A DNA stretch of 51,281 nt from Tubiluchus corallicola (lineage: Eukaryota > Animalia > Priapulida). The notes below the pieces were generated by a model that ran no database searches, was not told where the DNA came from, and saw nothing but the letters and a program-made list of their open reading frames with translations. The translations under genes and the position numbers were made by a program. Positions 1-11,000 of this stretch are shown piece by piece (within the stretch, counting starts at the first letter, position 1; each line of letters opens with the position of its first letter). The stretch lies in the NCBI GenBank assembly GCA_030141605.1, contig JAQGDQ010001263.1, positions 1 through 51,281 of the forward strand, in the 5' to 3' direction.

Positions 1-877
1 TTTCTAATCGACCGAGGCTGAGTGCAGTCCGGTAATCCGGTTTTAGCCGACTTGACAAGGTTTAGACCGGCTTCAATGAATGAAGCAATTTTCCGCGGTT
101 TAAAAAGCAATTCCGCAATTTGCGCCATTTTGGCTGTCAATTTCCCACAATCCTGTGCGAAATTTGCGCCAATTGTCGATTTCCCATAATCCTGTGCGAA
201 ATTTGCGCCAATTGTCTGGTACAAAGGAAACTTCATCGAAGCGTGCTGTAGGCCTACATTTTCTGAGAGTTATTTAAGCTGGTTTGCTGGTTTTGGTGGT
301 TATTAAAGGAAAGATCAAGCTTTTTATATGTGCTTAGGCTGATTTCAAAGTTCGTGAAGAATGTTAAAAGGATTTAGTAGTAAAACTGCAACGAGCGCCT
401 CCTGTAACTAGTAACATCACTTGATCATTTCATGCTTGGACGCTCCCATTTTCAATGCCCATTCTTCTTCCAATGACGTCATTCGTCTTGAAGAAAAGTA
501 GTACGCTGTCTAATTTCAACGAGGCTATGATATATATATATTTGTAAAAATAGATGGCTTCATACCATTCGAGTTTTGCACTAAAAGGATTACAGTTCAA
601 TTCCCGTTCAATGCAGTATTTTTGTCCAAAATAAATGAAGTAAAATGGGCGTTACCTCTTGAATATTCCTGATTTTGTTTTTTTTGTCGGACGCTTAACC
701 GAAGAAAACAACAATAAACACGTCGAAGATCTAAAAAAAGCCCTTTAGGCCAGTGCTTCGTCATTTTTGAGAAGGTGGAAATAAGAACAAAAAACTAAAC
801 AACGACAACAAAACACAACGTTAATAATTTCATCTGAAAGGTATCAAGTAAAATGCATTTTGTTTGATCCATACATG

Positions 878-3093
878 GCATCTTTGTCAGCTTGCAAAGA
901 GGTTGTGGCCATGTAACATTGCATCTTTGTCAGCTTGCAAAAAGGTTGTGGCCATGTAACGTTGCATCTTTGTCAGCTTGCAAAGAGGTTGTGACCATGT
1001 AACATTGCATCTTTGTCAGCTTGCAAAGAGGTTGTGGCCATGTAACATTGCATCTTTGTCAGCTTGCAAAAAGGTTGTGACCATGTAACCTTGCATCTTT
1101 GTCAGCTTGCAAAGAGGTTGCGACCATGTAACCTTGCATCTTTATCAGCTTGCAAAGAGGTTGTGGCCATGTAACGTTGCATCTTTGTCAGCTTGCAAAA
1201 AGGTTGTGACCATGTAACCTTGCATCTTTGTCAGCTTGCAAAGAGATTGTGACCATGTAACCTTGCATCTTTGTCAGCTTTCCATGTAACCTTGCATCTT
1301 TATCAGCTTGCAAAGAGATTGTCACCATGTAACCTTGCATCTTTGGCAGCTTGCCATGTAACCTTGCATCTTTATCAGCTTGCAAAGAGATTGTGACCAT
1401 GTAAACTTGCATCTTTATCAACTTGCAAAGAGATTGTGGCCATGTAACCTTGCATCTTTATCAGCTTGCAAAGAGATTGTGACCATGTAACCTTGCATCT
1501 TTGTCAGCTTTCCATGTAACCTTGCATCTTTATCAGCTTGCAAAGAGATTGTCACCATGTAACCTTGCATCTTTGGCAGCTTGCCATGTAACCTTGCATC
1601 TTTATCAGCTTGCAAAGAGATTGTGACCATGTAACCTTGCATCTTTGTCGGCTTGCCATGTAACCTTGCATCTTTATCAGCTTGCAAAGAGATTGTGACC
1701 ATGTAACCTTGCATCTTTGGCAGCTTGCCATGTAACCTTGCATCTTTATCAGCTTGCAAAGAGATTGTGGCCATGTAACGTTGCATCTTTGTCAGCTTGC
1801 AAAAAGGTTGTGACCATGTAACCTTGCATCTTTGTCAGCTTGCAAAGAGGTTGCGACCATGTAACCTTGCATCTTTATCAGCTTGCAAAGAGGTTGTGGC
1901 CATGTAACGTTGCATCTTTGTCAGCTTGCAAAAAGGTTGTGACCATGTAACCTTGCATCTTTGTCAGCTTGCAAAGAGATTGTGACCATGTAACCTTGCA
2001 TCTTTGTCAACTTTCCATGTAACTTGCATCTTTATCAGCTTGCAAAGAGATTGTGACCATGTAACCTTGCATCTTTGGCAGCTTGCCATGTAACCTTGCA
2101 TCTTTATCAGCTTGCAAAGAGATTGTGACCATGTAAACTTGCATCTTTATCAACTTGCAAAGAGATTGTGACCATGTAAACTTGCATCTTTGTCAGCTTT
2201 CCATGTAACCTTGCATCTTTATCAGCTTGCAAAGAGATTGTGACCATGTAACCTTGCATCTTTGTCAGCTTTCCATGTAACCTTGCATCTTTATCAGCTT
2301 GCAAAGAGATTGTCACCATGTAACCTTGCATCTTTGGCAGCTTGCCATGTAACCTTGCATCTTTATCAGCTTGCAAAGAGATTGTGACCATGTAACCTTG
2401 CATCTTTGTCGGCTTGCCTACTTGCATCTTTATCAGCTTCAAAGATTGTGACCATGTAACCTTGCATCTTTATCAACTTGCAAAGAGATTGTGACCATGT
2501 AAACTTGCATCTTTATCAACTTGCAAAGAGATGGTGACCGTATAACCTCGCATCTTTATCAGCTTGCAAAGACATTGTGACCATGTAAACTTGCATCTTT
2601 ATCAGCTTAGATGGTGATTGTGACCAATTAACGTCGCATCTCTATAATCTTGCAAAGAGATGGTGACCGTATAACCTCGCATCTTTGTCAGCTTGCAAAC
2701 ACATTGTGACCATGTAACCTTGCATCTTTGTCAACTTGCAAAGAAATGGTGACGATAACCTCGCACCTTTATCAGCTTGCAAACAGATTGTGACCATGTA
2801 ACCTTGCATTTTTATCAGCTTGCAAAGAGATTGTGACCGTATAACCTTGCATCTTTATCAGCTTGCAAAGAGTTGTGACCGTATAACCTTGCATCTTTAT
2901 CAGCTTGCAAAGAGATTGTGACCATATAAACTTGCATCTTTATCAGCTTGCAAAGAGATTGTGACCATATAACCTCGCATCTTTATCAGCATGCAAAGAC
3001 ATTGTGACCATGCAAACTTGCATCTTTATCAACTTGCAAAGAGATGCTGACGATATAACCTCGCATCTTTATCAGCTTGCAAAGTGATTGTGA
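878..3093. repeat. Minisatellite: 43-bp unit plus 29-bp deletion unit (72-bp higher-order repeat in core)
   Basis: tgcatctttatcagcttgcaaagagattgtgaccatgtaacct / tgcatctttgtcagctttccatgtaacct. Confidence 0.95.
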
Positions 3094-3232
3094 TGCTAGT
3101 AAATGAAATTTGAACAAGATTTATACTATCATTAATTTCCATTAGCAAGCCTGTGTGAATCTCCCGTCTCATTATCTCATTAGATCACTAATACACGACC
3201 AGCGAGAATTTTCCTACCCATTTATATGAATT

Positions 3233-4484
3233 AAGTTTCTGACTGTTAATATCAATTCCCTTGACTCAATGGTAACTGTTAGTTTGTTTACCACGTTCTG
3301 TATTCAATTCAATTCAAGCAAAAAACACAAACAACCCCCACAACCACCACAACAACAAACAACACAAAAACACAAACAACCCCCAAAACAACCACCATTC
3401 AATTCAATTCGAGTTTTTATTTCGGTTAAGCAGAAGGGAAGACCACAAACAACCACCAACAACCACCACAACAACAACAACACAAAAACCAAAAAACCCA
3501 CCAACAACCACCACAACAACAACAACCAAAAAAACACAAACAACACCAAACAACCACCACAACAACAAACAACAAAAAAACACAAACAACCCCCAAACAA
3601 CCACCACAACAACAACAACACAGTGGAAGAAGTATCTGACTGTTAATATCAATTCCCTTGACTCAATGAGGGCTGTTAGTTTGTTTACCNNNNNNNNNNN
3701 NNNNNNNNNNNNNNNNNNNNNNNNNNNNNNNNNNNNNNNNNNNNNNNNNNNNNNNNNNNNNNNNNNNNNNNNNNNNNNNNNNNNNNNNNNNNNNNNNNNN
3801 NNNNNNNNNNNNNNNNNNNNNNNNNNNNNNNNNNNNNNNNNNNNNNNNNNNNNNNNNNNNNNNNNNNNNNNNNNNNNNNNNNNNNNNNNNNNNNNNNNNN
3901 NNNNNNNNNNNNNNNNNNNNNNNNNNNNNNNNNNNNNNNNNNNNNNNNNNNNNNNNNNNNNNNNNNNNNNNNNNNNNNNNNNNNNNNNNNNNNNNNNNNN
4001 NNNNNNNNNNNNNNNNNNNNNNNNNNNNNNNNNNNNNNNNNNNNNNNNNNNNNNNNNNNNNNNNNNNNNNNNNNNNNNNNNNNNNNNNNNNNNNNNNNNN
4101 NNNNNNNNNNNNNNNNNNNNNNNNNNNNNNNNNNNNNNNNNNNNNNNNNNNNNNNNNNNNNNNNNNNNNNNNNNNNNNNNNNNNNNNNNNNNNNNNNNNN
4201 ACGTTCTGTATTCAATTCAATTCGAGTTTTTATTTCGGTGAAGCACAGTGGAAGAAGTTTCTGACTGTTAATATCAATTCCCTTGGCTCAGTGGTAGCTG
4301 TTAGTTTGTTTACCACGTTCTGTATTCAATTCAATTCGAGTTTTTATTTCGGTGAAGCAGAAGGGAAGAAGTTTCTGACTGTTAATATCAATTCCCTTGA
4401 CTCAATGGTAGCTGTTAGTTTGTTTACCACGTTCTGTATTCAATTCAATTCGAGTTTTTATTTCGGTGAAGCAGAAGGGAAGAG
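3233..4484. repeat. 114-bp tandem repeat spanning the assembly gap
   Basis: Unit aagtttctgactgttaatatcaattccc... occurs on both sides of the Ns. Confidence 0.85.
3690..4200. other. Assembly gap (511 N)
   Basis: Run of n. Confidence 1.
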
Positions 4485-4746
4485 TTGTAAACGTGCTTTT
4501 GCCCTGGCTGGCACGTGGTATTTGGGTAAAAATAGGGGGGGGGGTAATAATAGTTTCTGTTATGTAGGCGTAGGTTTGTTATTATTGTTGACGATAGGAG
4601 GCTTGCGTTGTCTATCGAAATTAGAGCCAACTTTGAATAAAGGTTATTGTTGCTGTTGTTGTTGTTGTTGTTGTCGTCATCGTCGCCCGATAACAAATCT
4701 CCGTTTATATCTGAAATTTCTGAAATTTTGTTTTATCAGGAACTGG

Positions 4747-5122
4747 AGTGAGTGAGTGAGTGAGTGAGTCAGTGAGTCAGTGAGTGTGTGTGTGAGCAAC
4801 TGAGTGAGTGAATGAGTGAGTAAGTGGGGGAATGAGTGAGTGAGTGTGTGTGAGCGTGAGTGAGTGAGTGTGTGTGTGTGTGGGTGAGTGAGTGAGTGAG
4901 TGAGTGAATGACTGAGTGAGTGAGTGAGTGAGTGAGCAATTGAGTGAGTGAAGGAGCACGTAAGTGGGGGAATGAGGGAGTGAGTGAGTGAGTGAGTGAA
5001 ATAGTGAGTGAGTGAGTGAGTGAGTGAGTGAGTGAGTGAGTGAGTGAGTGAGTGAGTGAGTGAGTGAGTGAGTGAGTGAGTGACTGAGTGAGTGAGTTAG
5101 TGAGTGAGTGAGTGAGTGAGTG
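4747..5122. repeat. (TGAG)n microsatellite
   Basis: Direct inspection. Confidence 0.97.
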
Positions 5123-5663
5123 ACAATGCAATTACATATACATCTAACCTGACAAGAATCTCCTGTAGCACGTGATCACGTGACCCTACTATGATTTAGC
5201 ACATCATTCAACTGTGTATTGAGTGAAAATTTCCTCTTTGACATTCGTGTGACTGATGTTCACTTAGCGTAGAAAATTTTCCCTCCATCAATCAAGGTAT
5301 CCCTTACGCTGTGTCATGTAGAAGGAAATCCGTCTTCCAGGTTTCAGGATGAAGAAGAAAATCTGGAGAGAAAGATTATTGCAGCGTAAAAATTCATTTG
5401 AAATCTCGAAATTTGACAAACGTGAAATCTTGAAATCTTGAAATTTGACAAAACGTGAAAGCTTGAAATCTTGAAATGTGGCTTAGTTCACAAAATGCGT
5501 TTCAAATACCCACCAGCTATTTATTGTAATAATTAAAACAACGATTTTGCATTTTTGCAGTTTATGCAAGATTGCAGTTTTTGTCAAGGAAGCAGCATGA
5601 TAAAGTTTCCAAAAACTTCATCCACAAAGTGGTTTTTATAGTTAAAACTAATATGAAGTTTTA

Positions 5664-5824
5664 TTGTCGTCATCATCATCATTATGATTATCATCAACAA
5701 TAGCATCATCATCATCGTTATCATCATCATCGTCGTCATCATCATCATCATCATCATCATCGTTATCATCATCATCTTCATCATCATTGTCATTATCATC
5801 ATCAATAGCATCATCATCATCGTT

Positions 5825-5857
<33 letters not shown>

Positions 5858-5890
5858 GTCGTCATCATCATCATCATCATCTTCTTCTTC
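5664..5890. repeat. (CAT)n microsatellite
   Basis: Direct inspection. Confidence 0.97.
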
Positions 5891-6330
5891 TATAGGGATT
5901 AATTATTAGTGCATTATAAATAATAATTTTTTTCTAAGGTAAGAAAAGTTAGGATTATGTTGATATAGAAATAGTTGTTAAATTTTTTAAATCGTTTTTT
6001 ATTATTTTTTATTTTTTCATGATGCCATAATGATACCGTTATGATGCCATAAGGCAGAGCTCTAGGATGTTCACGTTGAACGTGAAAAAGTTTCATTGAA
6101 AGCGTTCAACATGACGAGCTTGAGTGTGTTTTTCAGACTGTATTTGACCACAAGTTAATGGTGCTTTTTTTCTAGCACATATTGTAATAATGGCCTCTCT
6201 CTAAGTTATTCAACACTCAACCACATTGCGTCAGAATTTCATGGGCATATCTCGGCATGTTGCCATCTTTACTGTCATATCATAGATGAATAGTCGAACT
6301 TAACGGCCATTGTGAAAACATGTGGTCTGT

Positions 6331-6447
6331 AGATGTACGGTAATTTTCCATTAGATGTACGGTAATTTTCCATTAGATGCACGGTAATTTTCCATTAGAT
6401 GTTTTTTTTACGGTAATTTTCCATTAGATGTACGGTAATTTTCCATT
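6331..6447. repeat. 22-bp tandem repeat x5
   Basis: agatgtacggtaattttccatt. Confidence 0.9.
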
Positions 6448-7804
6448 GCAGCTGTTTTTGGGCTCTTCCCCCACGCTGTTCTCAGTCACACGGAAAAAAA
6501 TGGGGTCAAAATAATAGGGAGTCCAAAATGGGTGGCTAATCTACCTAGATTGTCCCTAGATGGAGTGTTTTATTTTCTTCTATTCTTTCTTTTATTCGTG
6601 CAAACAGTTCCTGTCCTACCACGCTAATATGCACTAGGCAGAATATCCTGCCGGATGTGGGGTTCATAATTTCTAATCACCCTGCTGAAAAGAAAAACCA
6701 AGAAATTATTAATAATTAAAGGAATGACTTTTAATCAGCCTGACATTTACCATTATTAAATATTTATATTGTTGTTTTTGTATGATTTATATTTAGCTTA
6801 TTTCTCATTGGTTTATTATATTCTCTTTCTCGACATCTTTGGTTGATCATTTTATCGTTTTTTTGTTTTTTTGCCTGATTTTGAAGTTAATGCTCAAATT
6901 ATAGAGGATCTCGAAGATTTCAGCATATGAAGAGCACCCGCATTGCTGTTTGCCAGGAGGCAATTCTTAACACATTTAACAATAAGAACTCCATGCAGTG
7001 TCAAGCAGATGTTTAACATTTAGAACGGTATATTATTTGCAGTTTTACTTTTGTGATTAAAGGAACAATTCTTAAATTAGTAAAATTCGAAACATTTATA
7101 TTTGTACTTATGCTCTATGTGGTATGGTAGTATTATATGTAATTATTTTGTTGTTGTTATTTCAGCCTGATCATTGCTGCAATATCATAAATAAACCACT
7201 TTGATTGATTCAACAAAAACTTCCATAGTTATTTAAATTATGCATTTTCTGTTATGCACAAATTTTAAGTTATTTTTATTTTGTTTGCTTCACATGATTG
7301 ACAGTAGTTTAGAAATGTAAATTTTTTGTTTATTTACATTATTATGTTCTACAGTATTACGTTTCCCATCATTTAATTGCCAATTGCACACGTCAACAGA
7401 ATTATAATTTAAATTGAGAACGGTGCCACAAAATTAATTTTATTTAATCCTAGCTATTTAAGGATGGCTGACTAGATAACCCACGGGTTCGTCACTGCCC
7501 TTCTCCTTTGCTTCAAACATATTGTATGTATTCCTAATTCTGTATTTTTATAATTCTTGCGGATTTAATAAATAAATTCAATTGAATTGAAATAATTAGA
7601 AATAAGTTTGGACTTGTGTTGATGGGAACGATTGTCTGATTGAATGCTTTTAGTATTAATGAAACAATTATTTTTTTATAATGCTGGTTGTCTATAATGG
7701 ACTGTTGACAGATTGGCGACCCATTAGTTACAGAATTTAATGTGTGCCTCGCCTTGCGAATGTTTAAAATCACTTTCATATATCGACTGGCTATGTATGG
7801 TGTC

Positions 7805-8011
7805 ATGGCAGAAAGCATGGATTCGATTAAGAAAACGTATGTGTATTTTCTTATTTTTGCTTTCACAAGCGTGTATAGCTTCTTTGCGGCAGTTACATTG
7901 CTAATTAGAATTATAAAAAAGCCAGGCCTTTTGTTCTACAAGAAGGAAAGGGAAGTGCCATCCGTGTTAAACGATCCAACCCTCGGAAATCATGGTTTTC
8001 ATAAGCTAAAG
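7805..8011 (+). CDS. EPHX4: EPHX4-like exon 1 ([10 protein letters not shown]...[10 protein letters not shown])
   Basis: Transmembrane-like segment followed by [10 protein letters not shown]; ends at a phase-0 AAG|GCAAGT donor. Confidence 0.8.
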
Positions 8012-11000
8012 GCAAGTTTCTTAATTTGTTTTGTATTGATTCAAGATTCATGAGTTTATTCATTTCCACATTGCATCTTACAATTATCATTAAAATACAG
8101 ATAATTATCCATTTAAGTAAATATAAATATAAATATAAATAAATGCACTATTATCGAGAAATTACAAAATGCAGCATATACATGTGCAAATTTCATTACA
8201 GAATAATTTTGATGCATACAGTTTGAGCCTAAAAGCATAGCTTGACAGGCCAAACTGTACGTGGAAATCTTAAAAAAAGATTAATAATTGAAATAATGAT
8301 AAGAAAGATGAAATGGATCGAGAACTAAGAAAAACTGTGATCATGATTATAAAGTGTTCAGTAACCTGTTGTTCGTTATTGGTTGCCTGTTTGTGTGTGC
8401 CGTGTACGACGAGGTAAGTTAATTTTCCTTAACAGCTTTTTACATTAGTACTGAATTTCAGTTTTAAACTGAATTTCAAATTCAAAGATGTTCCTCTGAT
8501 ACCATTTTGTCTGAACACACTTGCGAGTTACTGTATAATTTGAAGATCTCGGTGAGTTACTCTCGATACTTCCCGCAATGAGTACAGAGGTGAGTGTCAG
8601 CTTGTGCTTACCGTAGGAGAGTAACTCACGGCAAGTTTTGCTGTCTTGTCTGAACACACTTGCGAGTTACTGTCTAATTTGAATATCTCGGCGAGTTACT
8701 CTCGATACTTCTCGCAGTGAATAGAGAAGTGAGTGTCAGCTTGTGCTTACTGTACGAGAGTAACTCACAGCAAGTTTTGCTCTCTTGTCTGAACAAACTT
8801 GCGAGTTACTGGGCAAGCTTACTCGTCAAGAAAACTCCCTAGTTTGAATGTGCCGTAAAACCACATCTTTCGAAATTTTTTTGATAATGCTGTCTACAAC
8901 TGTTTTGGCTAGATGCGCATTAACCTTTAGAATGCGGAAACCTTATATTGGCACTTAGTTGGTAGGTGCAAAATAAACCAAAGATTTACTTTATTGCTGC
9001 AGAATGGGATAAAGATTCACTATGTTGCTGCTGGCAATACAAATCATCCACTTATGCTCTTCTTACATGGATTCCCGGAGTGCTGGTATAGCTGGAGGCA
9101 TCAGCTTCGAGAATTCCAAAAAGATTACAGGTAAATATTATTCTACGTCAGGGGTGTGCAAATTATCTGACTAGCCGGGCCACATTAAACTTTCCCACAC
9201 AAGGAGCCAAGTACAGAATGGCCTAATAACGATTTTTTTGCATCCGACCTGCGTACATCATTACTACTACACTCAAGAAACTATTTTAGAAGTTATTAAA
9301 ATTTATATTACTAACCATATATTTCTACTTTCAGGACAAATAGTGGTAATTTCATTACAATGCATATTAGTAATGTGTATCACACAGTCTGTGTAGTAGA
9401 GTGACATTAAGCTACAACCGTCTTGTAAGGGTTAATCGCATCCGATCTAGTAGAAAAAACTACCTGCACTATCTTTGGGATCGTGGCACGGACTTCAGCT
9501 GGATACACTTTTAAATACAGGCAAACATTGTTCCATGTATTCTGAATCACAGGTAAACATTGTTCCTTGTATTCTGAATCACAGGTAAACATTATTCCAT
9601 GTATTCTGAATCACAGGTAAACATTGTTCCTTGTATTCTGAATCACAGGTAAACATTGTTCCTTGTATTCTGAATCACAGGTAAACATTGTTCCTTGTAT
9701 TCTGAATCACAGGTAAACATTGTTCCTTGTATTCTGAATCACAGGTAAACATTGTTCCTTGTATTCTGAATCACAGGTAAACATTGTTCCTTGTATTCTG
9801 AATCACAGGTAAACATTGTTCCATGTATTCTGAATCACAGGTAAACATTGTTCCTTGTATTCTGAATCACAGGTAAACATTGTTCCTTGTATTCTGAATC
9901 ACAGGTAAATATTGTTCCATGTATTCTGAATCACAGGTAAACATTGTTCCTTGTATTCTGAATCACAGGTAAACATTGTTCCTTGTATTCTGAATTACAG
10001 GTAAACATTGTTCCTTGTATTCTGAATCACAGGTAAACATTGTTCCATGTATTCTGAATCACAGGTAAACATTGTTCCATGTATTCTGAATCACAGGTAA
10101 ACATTGTTCCTTGTATTCTGAATCACAGGTAAACATTGTTCCATGTATTCTGAATCACAGGTAAACATTGTTCCATGTATTCTGAATCACAGGTAAACAT
10201 TGTTCCTTGTATTCTGAATCACAGGTAAACATTGTTTCCTGTATTCTGAATCACAGGTAAACATTGTTTCTTGTATTCTGAATCACAGGTAAACATTGTT
10301 CCTTGTAATGTAAATTACAGGTAAAGATTGTTCTAGCTATTTCATATTACACATTAGCATTGTTCCAGATATTTCTCTTTACCTGTAAACATTGTTCTTA
10401 CCTATTGGTACTCCTGTTATCTTTTGGTCGACGGTTCGAACCAAACCGGTACTCATCTGGTTGTTGTTGTTCTTGTTGAGGATGCCTTTTGAAAAGAAGC
10501 TGAAGACTCCATGAATTTGCAGCTGATACTGTCATTAAGACATTATCGTTATTTATCCAGCTGTCTGTCATCCAAAAATTTGCTCACAAAATAAGTCATT
10601 TTTGACAAAGAATGATTATTCCAGTCTTGTGTATACATGTCGTGGGTTCATGGTGTAGCGAAGAAAGCCATCTCAGGCTCGTTGTATGTAAATTTCAATT
10701 CTCGCTTCTGTTGCAGTCATTTTTCTGTTACACCAGGTTAGTCTGTCAGGAAACAGCGTAGTCCCCCAAGGACTAGTGACTATTGCACCAGGTTAGTATT
10801 TCAGGATACAGCGTAGTCTCTCCAGGACTAGTGACTGTTACACCAGGTTAGTATGTCTGGAAACAGAGTAGTCTCTCAAGGACTAGTGACTGTTACACCA
10901 GGTTAGTCTGTCAGGAAACAGCATAGTCTCTCCAGGACTAGTGACTGTTGCACCAGGTTAGTCTGTCAGGAAACAATGTAGTCCCTCAAGGACTAGTGAC

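Noticed and set aside
1188-2442. Repetitive ORFs (MQGYMVTISLQADKDARLHGK...)
   Set aside because: Translation of the 72-bp minisatellite unit; no domain and frequent frame breaks.
3666-4241. Poly-X ORFs
   Set aside because: Artefact of the N gap.
5341-5385. Purine-rich exon-like segment after ttccag
   Set aside because: Weak donor, no homology and no partner exons.
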